In this document: one piece after another, positions 27,390 through 37,231 of the stretch
Position numbering within the stretch: position 1 is the stretch's first letter
Layout: every line of letters starts with the position of its first letter
Source: Pseudomonadota bacterium
Lineage (GTDB): Bacteria > Bdellovibrionota_B > Oligoflexia > Silvanigrellales > Silvanigrellaceae
Assembly: GCA_039799905.1 (NCBI GenBank)
Contig: JBDLRP010000045.1
Location: forward strand, 1 to 64,000
DNA: 64,000 bases
Direction of reading: 5' to 3'
Translations under genes and position numbers: made by a program
The notes under the pieces: model-generated
The model's input: the letters and a program-made list of their open reading frames with translations, nothing else
The model's database searches: none
Told to the model about the DNA's origin: nothing

Positions 27390-28832
27390 ATGCGGAAAAA
27401 TTCTCTGCAGAGGCTGTTTGGAGGTCTGCTGACGGCAGTCCCGCTGGTCGGGATCGCCTTAGCCGGTGCCCCTAATGCAACTGCTGAGAATTCCACTTCG
27501 CACTCCTCCGCGGGCAATGCTGTTGCGGGCGGTGAACTCGAGACCCGCGCGGCCGCCGGCGACCCGAAGGCTTCTTATCTTCTCGGATTACGTTATTTCT
27601 TGGGCGATCAAATCGCCCGCAACAGGAACATGGCCAAACATTATCTGACGCGTGCTGCCGAAGCCGGTGAAGTGCGCGCGATGAACATGTTGGGACTCAT
27701 GTCTGACCCACTTTGGTCAGATGATGCCGCCGCAAAAGACCTGCCTACTGCGGTCGCCTGGTATCGCCGTGCAGCCGCACTTGGATACGATCCTGCGCTC
27801 AACAATCTCACAGAACTCAAAAAGCGCGGTTACATCAAGAGTGAGCTTGAAAACGGTCTGCCACTCGCTTTGGGCAGCGGGCAGATTCAACCGGTCGTGA
27901 CAGCTCAGCCTCCACAGCCTGACGCGAGTAAAATCCAGCAAGCCGTCCCGACACCGGCATCCGCCGGACCTGCTGCAGTCGCGGGGGCTGCGGAAATTCA
28001 ACCGACAGGACATACGACTTCAACATCTGTGAGCATCGATTTACCTGCGCTCAAGGAGATGGACGGCCGAGAGATGTTCAAGGCACGCAGTTCAGCATTG
28101 GTCGAAATTCTTGGCGACGGAAATTACGGCTCAGGTGTCATACTGGGCAGTTTGTGGAATCGTTCCGAGGACGCAATTTTGCGCACTCACCTGCAGGATC
28201 TGCAAGTCAGCTATCCTTTTGTCGCAGGTGGAAACGGCTCGTCTGACGACACTTCCCTGCCGCTCGGCTCTTATCTTGTTGTCGTTTCGAACGCGCACGT
28301 CATGGAAGGGATACGCGTGATGGAGATTGGCTATGGAGTCGATCAGCGCGGACAAACCCTGTTCAAAAAGCCGCTGGCTGGAGTCTGTTTCCCAACTGAA
28401 AGCAACGTCGATCTGGCTGTTTATTTTGTTCCCATCGACCCATCTGAACTTACTTTGAATGGAGCAATCAGCTTTGCCCCACTGCCGGCGGCTGCAACGA
28501 TTCCCGAAACGGGAAGCCGCGTTTTTGCGATTGCAAATCCTGAGCGCATGGCTCGTAGCATCGCGCAGGGTCTGTTGAGCGGACTGCGGCCTGATTTGAT
28601 CCAATTCGACGCGCCCATTTCAAAGGGCAGCAGCGGAGGGGCCGTATTCGATGAGCGTGGAAATCTGCTCGGAATCATTTTTGGTTATCTGAATGAAGCC
28701 GGCGCACAAAATCTGAATTTCGCCATTCCCGCCGACAGAATCCGACCACTGATGATGGGCTCGGGGGCGTTGTGCTACCGTGCGTCCCAGTCAGGGGAGC
28801 CGATACCAGCCGCTGAAAAAAAGCCGCAGTGA
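27390..28832 (+). CDS. Secreted Sel1-repeat + trypsin-like serine protease
   Basis: Signal peptide; Sel1 repeats (AAAGDPKA.Y.LG, WYRRAA.LG); catalytic SNAHV / DLA / GSSGG and QNLNFAIP. Confidence 0.85.
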   Translation: MRKNSLQRLFGGLLTAVPLVGIALAGAPNATAENSTSHSSAGNAVAGGELETRAAAGDPKASYLLGLRYFLGDQIARNRNMAKHYLTRAAEAGEVRAMNMLGLMSDPLWSDDAAAKDLPTAVAWYRRAAALGYDPALNNLTELKKRGYIKSELENGLPLALGSGQIQPVVTAQPPQPDASKIQQAVPTPASAGPAAVAGAAEIQPTGHTTSTSVSIDLPALKEMDGREMFKARSSALVEILGDGNYGSGVILGSLWNRSEDAILRTHLQDLQVSYPFVAGGNGSSDDTSLPLGSYLVVVSNAHVMEGIRVMEIGYGVDQRGQTLFKKPLAGVCFPTESNVDLAVYFVPIDPSELTLNGAISFAPLPAAATIPETGSRVFAIANPERMARSIAQGLLSGLRPDLIQFDAPISKGSSGGAVFDERGNLLGIIFGYLNEAGAQNLNFAIPADRIRPLMMGSGALCYRASQSGEPIPAAEKKPQ

Positions 28833-29413
28833 ACCCGATGATTGTGACCACTTATCGATTGTTGCAAGCTTGAAAAAGAGTTCGCTTTTTCAAGCAACTG
28901 CAGCCACTGCTTGAGTGTTTCAGGAATATCCAGCCACCAGTCCTTTTGCAGTGCGATGCAGAAATTCAGGAACGTGTGCATGGCGATTTGACCATGTGTC
29001 GGGGCTGGGGCCATTCCGCTCATCAGGCGTTCGAGCGCAGTCAGATTGGTTTTCCATCTGTCGCGCAGCCGCTCGGCTGAAACTCCGTCATAGAGTGAAT
29101 ACATGATTCGGCCGAGTTGACCCTCGCAAAAACGGTAAAGAGCACCATCTGCGGAGACCAGCCAAGTCTGAAAAGACGGTCCGTTCAAAAATGCAAGAAT
29201 CCGCAAGCTGTCGGCGAGCGGAGGTTGTCCGCCGAGGCACGGGACAGTCCGCTCGCAGGCAAGAATTTCGCTGCATGCGTCCGAGCGAAGTTCCTCCCAA
29301 CTCAGATGAAGGTCGTCTGGAGGAGGAACGGCAGATTCGGCCCAAGCCCACAAAATTATGCGGCAGAAGGGTGAGTCTGCAGTCCAGTAGAGTTTTTTAT
29401 CCTGATGCATCAT
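28775..29413 (-). CDS. Glutathione S-transferase-like protein (divergent)
   Basis: LY....SPFCR, TVPCL, LADSLRILAFL GST N-domain motifs. Start approximate. Confidence 0.6.
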   Translation of the reverse strand: MMHQDKKLYWTADSPFCRIILWAWAESAVPPPDDLHLSWEELRSDACSEILACERTVPCLGGQPPLADSLRILAFLNGPSFQTWLVSADGALYRFCEGQLGRIMYSLYDGVSAERLRDRWKTNLTALERLMSGMAPAPTHGQIAMHTFLNFCIALQKDWWLDIPETLKQWLQLLEKANSFSSLQQSISGHNHRVHCGFFSAAGIGSPDWDAR

Positions 29414-29514
29414 GCTGAACCCAAAGGGCAAGAGGGACTTCGCCGTGTTGCTCTGCTTGTTGTATGGTAAGGCAGTGGGAGTGTCCACAGCAGGAGTTGG
29501 AGGCGAGTTTCATC

Positions 29515-30336
29515 ATGTCCTATGCTGCAAACAGCGAAAAATCAGCCCAGCGGAAAAAGCGGCGGGTACCCGATATCCTCGCCCGCAAGGGTAGCACCCC
29601 CATCAGCGCACTCACTTGTTATGACGCCACCTTTGCGCGGCTGTTGGAAAAATCAGACTTGGACGTCGTTCTTGTCGGCGATAGCCTCGGACACGTCATG
29701 CAGGGTGGTGATTCAACCGTGGGCGTCACGGCCGCAGACATCGCCTACCATACCCGCTGTGTTGCCAGCTCGCTGCACACCCCGCTGCTGGTTGCAGACG
29801 TTCCTTTTGCAAGTGCTGGTTTCAGTGACGAACGCTTGTTCGCGGATGTCGAACTACTCATGCGCGCCGGCGCAGAGGCGGTTAAAATTGAGGGAGCCAG
29901 TGCTGACATCTGCAGGCAAATACAAAGACTCACGACGCACGGTATTCCCGTGATGGGTCACATCGGTCTGATTCCGCAGAGTGTTCACGCGCTGGGTGGT
30001 TATAAAATTCAAGGCAAGTCAGCCGACTCACGCAATCGACTTTTGGATGAGGCGGCCCGACTCACTCAGGCAGGTTGTTTTGCAATTGTGCTTGAGCTGG
30101 TTGAGGAAGAAACTGCTGCAGCAGTCACCGCGCAATGTGCTGTTCCGACCATCGGCATCGGATCGGGCAACCGTTGTGATGGACAAATTCTCGTTTTGCA
30201 GGACATGCTGGGCATGAATCTTGACTTCAGGCCCAAGTTTCTCAAACACTTTGCCGAGCTCGAAAATACGATTGGTGCTGCCCTGCAGAACTACTGCAAA
30301 GAGGTTGGCAGTCGATCATTCCCTGCGGGAAAATGA
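29515..30336 (+). CDS. panB: 3-methyl-2-oxobutanoate hydroxymethyltransferase
   Basis: LTCYD, LVGDSLG, AVKIEG, MGHIGL.PQS, TIGIGSG..CDGQILV..D.LG. Confidence 0.97.
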   Translation: MSYAANSEKSAQRKKRRVPDILARKGSTPISALTCYDATFARLLEKSDLDVVLVGDSLGHVMQGGDSTVGVTAADIAYHTRCVASSLHTPLLVADVPFASAGFSDERLFADVELLMRAGAEAVKIEGASADICRQIQRLTTHGIPVMGHIGLIPQSVHALGGYKIQGKSADSRNRLLDEAARLTQAGCFAIVLELVEEETAAAVTAQCAVPTIGIGSGNRCDGQILVLQDMLGMNLDFRPKFLKHFAELENTIGAALQNYCKEVGSRSFPAGK

Positions 30337-30612
30337 ATGACAGACAGTAAAAAACTGACTCTCGACGAAATCAAAGCGCGCGTGCGTGTTGTTTGCATCT
30401 GCAAGGGGATCAAGATGTCGCGCATCTGCGATGCTGTGCAAAGCGGATGTACAACGGTGGAAGAGGTCAACAAGGCCACCGGCAGCGGCAATGGCGGCTG
30501 CGGTGCGACACGTTGCCGTCCGGTCATTGAGCAAATTATTAAAAATGGCGGACGACCGCTGGTACTGAATGCTCCGCCTACGGATGATGGCGGTTCGGAT
30601 GATTCTTTTTGA
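30337..30612 (+). CDS. BFD-like [2Fe-2S]-binding protein
   Basis: VCICKGI...I..A...G....V...TGSG.GGCG..RC. Confidence 0.85.
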   Translation: MTDSKKLTLDEIKARVRVVCICKGIKMSRICDAVQSGCTTVEEVNKATGSGNGGCGATRCRPVIEQIIKNGGRPLVLNAPPTDDGGSDDSF

Positions 30613-31024
30613 ATCCGTGCCGGTGATTTTCCCCGGAAGCACTCGGCCTGCGCTGGTTTTCGTTGGTTGAGTGGGGCGAATCAGACTGCTGTGATTCAGA
30701 ATCGCCAGCGGTTTTGTCTGAATCTTTGCGCACGCGGATAGAGATATCGAGTCTGTGTTCACGCACTGCAGTGAAGACTTTTTCGACTGCCAGCGAAACG
30801 AGGTTCTGCGCAAATTCGCGCGAGATTCCCTTGAGGACCTCCTCACGGCTTTTTGTGATAATTTGCTGCGCATCCTTGGGCAGATTGTCTGTGACGTCTT
30901 TGATGACGTCGAATCCCGAGGTCACAGTCCGTTTGAGCAGATCACCGCCAATTTTGGCTATGTCCTGAAGGTCCTCGCGGGAGAGCCAAGTTTGGTCGGT
31001 GGTGTTTTTTTGATTGCGTGACAT
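30578..31024 (-). CDS. Hypothetical helical protein
   Basis: 148-aa ORF filling the gap downstream of the REC-TPR gene; amphipathic helices; family not recognised. Confidence 0.6.
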   Translation of the reverse strand: MSRNQKNTTDQTWLSREDLQDIAKIGGDLLKRTVTSGFDVIKDVTDNLPKDAQQIITKSREEVLKGISREFAQNLVSLAVEKVFTAVREHRLDISIRVRKDSDKTAGDSESQQSDSPHSTNENQRRPSASGENHRHGFKKNHPNRHHP

Positions 31025-31088
31025 GATTGAGTCCCCGTCAGTGGTGTGCCGGAGTTTCGCACGAAAATCCTCGGAACTTCAACAACAG

Positions 31089-32708
31089 TCAGCCTGCTTG
31101 TGGAAGAGTATTGTGTCCGGCAGCTTTCTTGCCCGACAATTCTCCAAGAAGTTCCTTGAACTCTTTTGCATCCGGCAGAAGTGCAAGAGCCTGCTGGCAA
31201 ATCGATTTTGCCTTGCCCGTCTGATTGAGTTTTTTGTAGCAGAGCGCCAGATGATAAAGCGATTTGCGGTGATTTGTTTCGGCGAAAACAGCTCTTTCGA
31301 AGTAAAGTGCGGCCTGCGCTATATCGCCGGCTGCATAATTTATAAGGCCAATTTGAGCCATGTTTTCAGCACTGGGTTCGATGCGAGTGAGCGACGCCCA
31401 AACCATCCGCGCAGGCATCTCCTGCCCAGTTTTTTTAAGTAGACGGCCTTTGGTCGTCATCGATTCGATTTGATCAGGTTCGGCGATGATGCACGCCTCA
31501 ATGTCAGCCAGCGCTTCGGCGAATTGCTGCAGTTTTTCGTGCACGAGGGCGCGAGCATGCAGGACGTCGGGCTGATTTGCCTTTTGATTGAGATAATCAG
31601 TGAAAATCTGGATTGCTTTTTTGCTGTTGCCCAACTTGAGGCAGACGTCTGAAATTCCCTTGAGAGCCATAACCGAGCGCGGGACATTGCGGCGTGTTTT
31701 CATGAAATAATGCAAGGCTTTTTCATGGTCGCCGCAATCGGATTGCAATTGCGCAGTCTTCAGCAGCAGAGCCTCGTCGTTAGGAAAATCAATAAGTGCC
31801 AGCCGCATTTGCTCAAGTCCGGCACGGTAGTCATGCAACTCAAAATAGAGGTCTGCGAGTTGTACCCGTCTGCCGACGCGTTTGCCGTTCAAACTGAGTT
31901 CACGCAAGAGGAACTCGATGGCCTCATGTTTTTTGCCTTCTTGGATCAACAAATCCGCCATAAGTGCATACGCCGGAAAACACATGTCGCTGATACGGAT
32001 GGCTTTCTCGATCAGCTCCTTGGCTGTCGTCGTCTGGCCCAATTTGCTCTCTGCCTGTGCCAGCCCCACAATGACCCGCGGCGACTCAGGGTCTTCCTGA
32101 TGAAGTGCCACGAACTCTCGGTGGGCTTCATCTATTTTTCCACGGATCAGATTGGCCTCTGCACCGCGCAGCCGTCTCAGTTGCTCCGGCGGGTCAATGT
32201 AGCGGCTCAGAACTTGTTTTATTTTGAGCAACAAATCCTGAGGCTCGAAGGGCTTTATGATGTAATCGTTCACACCCAGTTCGATGGCGTGGACGATATC
32301 GTCTCGAGACGCTTCCCCGGTCACGAAGATCACCGGAATGTCGTTGGCGATGGGCCGTGAGCGGATGTAATTGAGCACTTCAAGACCGCTTCCCTTGCTG
32401 AGATATAAATCAAGAATCACCAGATCGATGGCGTGGTTTCGCAAATACTGGATGGCGTCCTTGGGGCTTTGTGTCTCCTGAATGGTAAAAAGATGCGTTG
32501 GTTCGAGGATTCGTTTGAATGCTTTGCGCATCAGCGCCTGATCTTCCACGAGGAGGGCGGGAATGCGCGGGACGTCCTGTTGCGCAGGGTTGAACATTGA
32601 AGCGTTATGCTGCGGCAAGAGCCGATCTAGTCCGGCTGTGATGGCCTGCGCATCGGACGCTTTGTCACGGGCCAATATTCTGGCCGGCTTCCTGGGCCCC
32701 TGACTCAT
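31089..32708 (-). CDS. Response regulator receiver + TPR-repeat protein
   Basis: LLVED, VILDLYL..GSG, FVTG, DYIIKPF, followed by many TPR helices; AGGAG RBS before ATG 32708. Confidence 0.9.
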   Translation of the reverse strand: MSQGPRKPARILARDKASDAQAITAGLDRLLPQHNASMFNPAQQDVPRIPALLVEDQALMRKAFKRILEPTHLFTIQETQSPKDAIQYLRNHAIDLVILDLYLSKGSGLEVLNYIRSRPIANDIPVIFVTGEASRDDIVHAIELGVNDYIIKPFEPQDLLLKIKQVLSRYIDPPEQLRRLRGAEANLIRGKIDEAHREFVALHQEDPESPRVIVGLAQAESKLGQTTTAKELIEKAIRISDMCFPAYALMADLLIQEGKKHEAIEFLLRELSLNGKRVGRRVQLADLYFELHDYRAGLEQMRLALIDFPNDEALLLKTAQLQSDCGDHEKALHYFMKTRRNVPRSVMALKGISDVCLKLGNSKKAIQIFTDYLNQKANQPDVLHARALVHEKLQQFAEALADIEACIIAEPDQIESMTTKGRLLKKTGQEMPARMVWASLTRIEPSAENMAQIGLINYAAGDIAQAALYFERAVFAETNHRKSLYHLALCYKKLNQTGKAKSICQQALALLPDAKEFKELLGELSGKKAAGHNTLPQAG

Positions 32709-32809
32709 CAACTTGTCTCCTCTAAGTGTCAAAGTCTTTTCAGGTTCTTCCGCCTGCTTCAGCGTGTATCGGATGGTTCCGTGTAAAACTGAGAGCGGGG
32801 AGGGTTTTT

Positions 32810-33811
32810 GTGGCCGGGCAAGTCCGAATTCTAAAAGAGGGTGAAATTCTTTTTCGCAGCGGAGAGCGGGCGGATTCCATGTATATCGTCCGCCGCGGGT
32901 CCCTGAAAGTTTATTTTCTGAAGGGAAACGAGGAGGTTCAGCTCGCGCTTTTGAACGATGGCTCCATCGTCGGCGAAATGGCCTTCTTTGATCAGAAGCC
33001 GCGAAGTGCGCATGTCAAAGCGCTGACTCAAACTGAAATTACGGAAATCACCCGGGCAGATTTCGACAAGCTGCTGACGCAAATCCCAAAGTGGCTGGTC
33101 ACGATGCTGCAAAGCCTGAGCGGCCGCTTGCGTACGACGAACGAAAAGCTGGCGGCACTGGAAAAATCACAAGAGGGTGCATCACAAGGCTCCGTGAGTG
33201 ACTACCCCTTCGTGCCTCTCGTCCGCACGCTGCGTATTTTGCAACTTGTGATTCCGCAGCTGGGACAGAAAGACGGCACAAATATCGTTGTTGATTACCA
33301 GTCGGCACTTGAATGGTGGATGAGTCTGACCGGCTGGTCGCGCGATTATTTTTCGCAGTTCATAAACGTTTTGGAAAAGCAGGGGCTGCTTGGCAAAAAA
33401 GCCGAAGAGGGCAAAGCGCCGCGGCTCGTCATTTCTGCACGCGCTCGTCTTCAGCTGTTCAGCGACTTTGTCATTGCAGTTCAGTCGCGCGCGACTTTCG
33501 AGTCGGCAGAGGCTTTCGGATTGCACTGGGTTTCCCTGCTCGAGGCAGCACTCGCCGAGGCTGCTTCATCGGGATATGAAACCTACAACGTTGCCATCTC
33601 AACAATTCCGGCAAGCGCCTCGGGAGTTCCTGCGGACATCAAAGTGCGCCTTCAGACGGCTGAATGGCTTGCACAGTGGCTGCAGCTTAAAATGACAAAA
33701 TCAAATGTGGAGATTCTTCTCCGCCTGTCGCCCAAGGAACATAAGAACTTGCCCGTGCTGCTGCGCATGCTGCATGTTTTTTTGAGCGAGAGACTGGATA
33801 GAATTGGCTGA
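32810..33811 (+). CDS. Cyclic-nucleotide-binding (Crp/Fnr-type cNMP domain) protein
   Basis: GEILFRSGE....MYIVRRG, GEMAFFDQKPRSAHVKA; GTG start with GGGAGG RBS; C-terminal region not recognised. Confidence 0.85.
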   Translation: MAGQVRILKEGEILFRSGERADSMYIVRRGSLKVYFLKGNEEVQLALLNDGSIVGEMAFFDQKPRSAHVKALTQTEITEITRADFDKLLTQIPKWLVTMLQSLSGRLRTTNEKLAALEKSQEGASQGSVSDYPFVPLVRTLRILQLVIPQLGQKDGTNIVVDYQSALEWWMSLTGWSRDYFSQFINVLEKQGLLGKKAEEGKAPRLVISARARLQLFSDFVIAVQSRATFESAEAFGLHWVSLLEAALAEAASSGYETYNVAISTIPASASGVPADIKVRLQTAEWLAQWLQLKMTKSNVEILLRLSPKEHKNLPVLLRMLHVFLSERLDRIG

Positions 33812-33847
33812 ATATTCGGGCTGCGTCTATTGGGCGTGCCAGTCCGC

Positions 33848-36800
33848 TCACCAGAACTGATCAAATTTAATTTGCGTGAACAATTGCCAGAGCGGTACAT
33901 CCAGCCCCTGTCCATAAAGGATTGCCGGATTGAGCTGGTATCCTTTGACGTCGATTTTAAGGCGCAGTGAGGCGGTCAGGGTGGTGATGCTCGCAGTCTT
34001 GCGGAGCATGAAATCATTGGATGCCCCGCCGCGGCTCAGAACAATCTCGCCATCAAGCTTTTCCAGGTATGCAAGTGCGATACGCGTGTCCAGCTGGTTC
34101 ACAAGAGGAAAAGTATAGCTGAGGCTATTTCTGTATTGAGAGCGTCCAAGCAGATTGTAGTTGAGCAAACCGTTGCCTGCGATGGCAGTGCTGATGTCCT
34201 GCAGGCCGTCGTTTGCGCCGATGATGTAAGTTTTGAACGGACGGAAAAACTCACGCGCATTGAGTGGAGAGCCACCTCCGGTGGCCGAAAATGTGTTTCG
34301 CATCGTCAGTGAATGCTGCCGAAATGAAGCTGAGTTCGAAAGTTCAACCGAGTAGTTCTGGAACGACACGGGGCCGAGCAGAGAGTCGTCACCGGCCTTC
34401 GCTGTGCCGATGCTGTGCGTTGAATCAACCCCCATTCTGATGTCGCCGGCAAAAACAAGTTTTCGCTTGGAGAGGTCGGAGACGGGCTTGTCAAAAATAA
34501 CTTTCTTCCATGTGTCAAAAGACAGCGAGCCGCCCACAGTCCCGAGCAAAGCTTTCTGTGCACCCAGATTGGGTGAACCCAAGGCGTTGCCGCGTGAAGA
34601 GGGTTCGATGGTAAAAAGTCTGGCGTGAATATCCGAGAGGCCGTCGAGGGCGAGGATCTTGCGGTTCCATTGCAAGTCGCTGCCAGCTTCGCGCAGATAC
34701 AGCTGACAGACGTACGTCTTTGGGTCACCCTTGAACTTGCATCCGGTGAGGCCATTGAAGCGCGGCCTCATGAAGAAGTTGCTCTTCCAACCGTCAAACA
34801 ACCGGTTGCCGATGAGGTTCGCCTCGAGTGCGATTCGGTCGATCTGGTCAATTCCAGCTTCGGAATAATAATTACCAAAAAGTTGAATGTAGAAGCGTTC
34901 AAGTTCATCGACGATGGGCCGTGAGAAAAAACCAAAGGTCCACTCACCTGCAAGGATGGGTGGAAGAAAGTTGGGGTAGGTCATCCAATGCCGGTAGCGG
35001 TAGGGCGCCGGAATGACGATAGTCGAATTGGCATCCGCGTCTGCATCGTTGAGATCTTCGGCCGCGCCGTTTTCAGAGGGTGTATTCTGCTTTTTTTCTT
35101 CTTCTATTCCGCGGGAAACATCGGGAAGTTTGGGAAGGTATTGCGGTGCAGGAACCTCAACCGTAGGAACGGTGTCATTCATGCCTCCTTCGTCTGATTC
35201 CGATTCGTTTTCGATTTGTGCAACTCTGAGCGGGCCGTTGCTGGTCGGCGAAATCTGAGTGCGTAACGTCAGTTCCTTGGGTTTATAGGTTCCCGCAGAT
35301 TTTCTAATCGCATCGGCATAGCGGGCAAACGGAGGAAGGTAGGGGATGTATTTTGGCGGCACCCACCATTTTGAAGTCTCGGGGCGCGTGATGATCCAGC
35401 TCAGGTGGGTTTTCTTGAGTTCCTTAAGTCCAGCCTGCCAGAGCTCAGTATTTCCGTTGTTGTAAACGCGCAGCATGATGGTTTCAGGCAGATGTGCCGG
35501 TTCGATGCTTGTCACATAGTCCGGCAGACCAGTGACGAGCTCAATTCTGTTTTTATTCCAATGAACGAGAGCCTGAACGTCATTCCAGCCGGTCAGGAGG
35601 ATGAAGTCATCGGGTGCGAGCATGATGGCGTCGCGAATGTAGAGCTGACCTTCCGGTATGACGATTTGTGGCGATTGTCCGTGACACATCCTCTGCACAG
35701 ACGTGAGCTCTTCGCCGGCATCGACAACCACGTGCGCGCACAGAGAAGATTCACTTTCGGCATGCGCATGATGCGGACGCACCAACTCAACCCGGTGCGG
35801 TGCACGCCATTGTCCGAGCAGTGTGTGCTGGCGCAGCTTGTTGTTCAACAGATAAACTTTCGATTCTGTGTTCAGGTTTGTGATTGCGGCAGCATGTTCC
35901 GGCGCGAGCGGAACGATGCGCGACACCTGCGGCGGTTTGTTCACGTCGCCAATTGGAAAGTCGGTTCGGCCAAGTGCATCGCTGTCCTTGAGGGTATCAA
36001 GGCGACCGTTGAAGGCCTGGTAGGAGATGAGCTGTCCTGTGGTGCGATTGCTTGCCTTGACCTCTGATGTTGTCCAGAAACCACCGTCCGTCCACTCCTT
36101 GGGATGAAGGTAGATTCTGTCATCGTACTTGAATTCAAGTGGCAGCATCGCACTCTGAACGGACTCTTCTTTGCTTTCGTCTTTGTATTTATACACGACA
36201 AGACCGCCTTGTTGGCTGTCGGTCGAAAAGTCGGCATGGATGATGGTTTTAGCGTCAGAAACAAAATTGAATCGGCTGAAGTTTGAAAAAATTTTTGAAA
36301 TTCCTGGTGCCTCTTTGAGTCTTGGCATGCCCTCCAGATCTGCCTGAACTTCTTTGACGAGATCTTTTTTGAATGATTCATACAGGTCCCCCGGCCACTC
36401 ACCCGTCAGTCCGCGGACGACAAAATAGGCACCTGTAAAAAATGGTGGAATGAGTTGCTTCCACGTCAGTTCAGAATGGAGCTCGCGCAGATTTTTGTGC
36501 TCGGTTCGCTCAAAGAAGTATTTGAAAAAACGGCCTGACAACGCATAACCGCGTGCGGCTGTATCTCCGGATGCCTTGTAGAGTGCATGCAGCCTGTCCC
36601 AGCTCAGGAAATTTCCGTTCAGGGCCATCGATCTGAGCAGTGCATTGGTTTGTATCCTGCCGAGTGATTCTGTCAGATACTCAGGCAAACCTTCTGTCCA
36701 CCATGAAGGCAACATGGCGAGCATGAATGTGCGTCCTGCCGGTCCGACGTTGAGGTCCATGTGCTCATACATGACACGGTGCGCGAGCTCGTGCTGAAAA

Positions 36801-37231
36801 AGCGCTGCCGATGGTAATTCGCTGGATTGGATTTCGAGCGATTGGGAAATGAAATTGGCAAACGATGGCCCGTCGGAGCGAGCACTAATGACCACAGGGA
36901 TTTTTTCGAAATTCGAACTCAGCACTTGTTTGGGCTGCAGCTCGGGCGGTTTGGGCTGACCCTTCAGAGTTGCGCCCAGTAGCAGAGTAAAGTCTGGATA
37001 CGCTCTTTCGACCGCTTTCAGCGCGTATTGTGCAAGTGCCTTTTGGGAGGAGTCGTAATAGATGATGAAGCGGTCGTTTTCCAATCTTCCCCACTGCACA
37101 TCGGCCTGAGTACCGCTGGGTTGAAGCAGAATGTTGGTTGGTACGGCATGCGCCTGCCGCGAGCGCTGCAGGACTGCCAGCAAAACGCTGCAAAAAGCCA
37201 CTCGAAGTTTTTTTGTGTGCCTGAATTTCAT
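33848..37231 (-). CDS. Large exported protein: zincin-like (HExxH) domain + putative beta-propeller + probable Omp85/BamA-like barrel
   Basis: Signal peptide (..QAHA), W..LE..RF.IYY, HELAH, PSWWTEGLPEY, beta-rich middle region, C-terminal amphipathic strands ending in F-W. Confidence 0.6.
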   Translation of the reverse strand: MKFRHTKKLRVAFCSVLLAVLQRSRQAHAVPTNILLQPSGTQADVQWGRLENDRFIIYYDSSQKALAQYALKAVERAYPDFTLLLGATLKGQPKPPELQPKQVLSSNFEKIPVVISARSDGPSFANFISQSLEIQSSELPSAALFQHELAHRVMYEHMDLNVGPAGRTFMLAMLPSWWTEGLPEYLTESLGRIQTNALLRSMALNGNFLSWDRLHALYKASGDTAARGYALSGRFFKYFFERTEHKNLRELHSELTWKQLIPPFFTGAYFVVRGLTGEWPGDLYESFKKDLVKEVQADLEGMPRLKEAPGISKIFSNFSRFNFVSDAKTIIHADFSTDSQQGGLVVYKYKDESKEESVQSAMLPLEFKYDDRIYLHPKEWTDGGFWTTSEVKASNRTTGQLISYQAFNGRLDTLKDSDALGRTDFPIGDVNKPPQVSRIVPLAPEHAAAITNLNTESKVYLLNNKLRQHTLLGQWRAPHRVELVRPHHAHAESESSLCAHVVVDAGEELTSVQRMCHGQSPQIVIPEGQLYIRDAIMLAPDDFILLTGWNDVQALVHWNKNRIELVTGLPDYVTSIEPAHLPETIMLRVYNNGNTELWQAGLKELKKTHLSWIITRPETSKWWVPPKYIPYLPPFARYADAIRKSAGTYKPKELTLRTQISPTSNGPLRVAQIENESESDEGGMNDTVPTVEVPAPQYLPKLPDVSRGIEEEKKQNTPSENGAAEDLNDADADANSTIVIPAPYRYRHWMTYPNFLPPILAGEWTFGFFSRPIVDELERFYIQLFGNYYSEAGIDQIDRIALEANLIGNRLFDGWKSNFFMRPRFNGLTGCKFKGDPKTYVCQLYLREAGSDLQWNRKILALDGLSDIHARLFTIEPSSRGNALGSPNLGAQKALLGTVGGSLSFDTWKKVIFDKPVSDLSKRKLVFAGDIRMGVDSTHSIGTAKAGDDSLLGPVSFQNYSVELSNSASFRQHSLTMRNTFSATGGGSPLNAREFFRPFKTYIIGANDGLQDISTAIAGNGLLNYNLLGRSQYRNSLSYTFPLVNQLDTRIALAYLEKLDGEIVLSRGGASNDFMLRKTASITTLTASLRLKIDVKGYQLNPAILYGQGLDVPLWQLFTQIKFDQFW

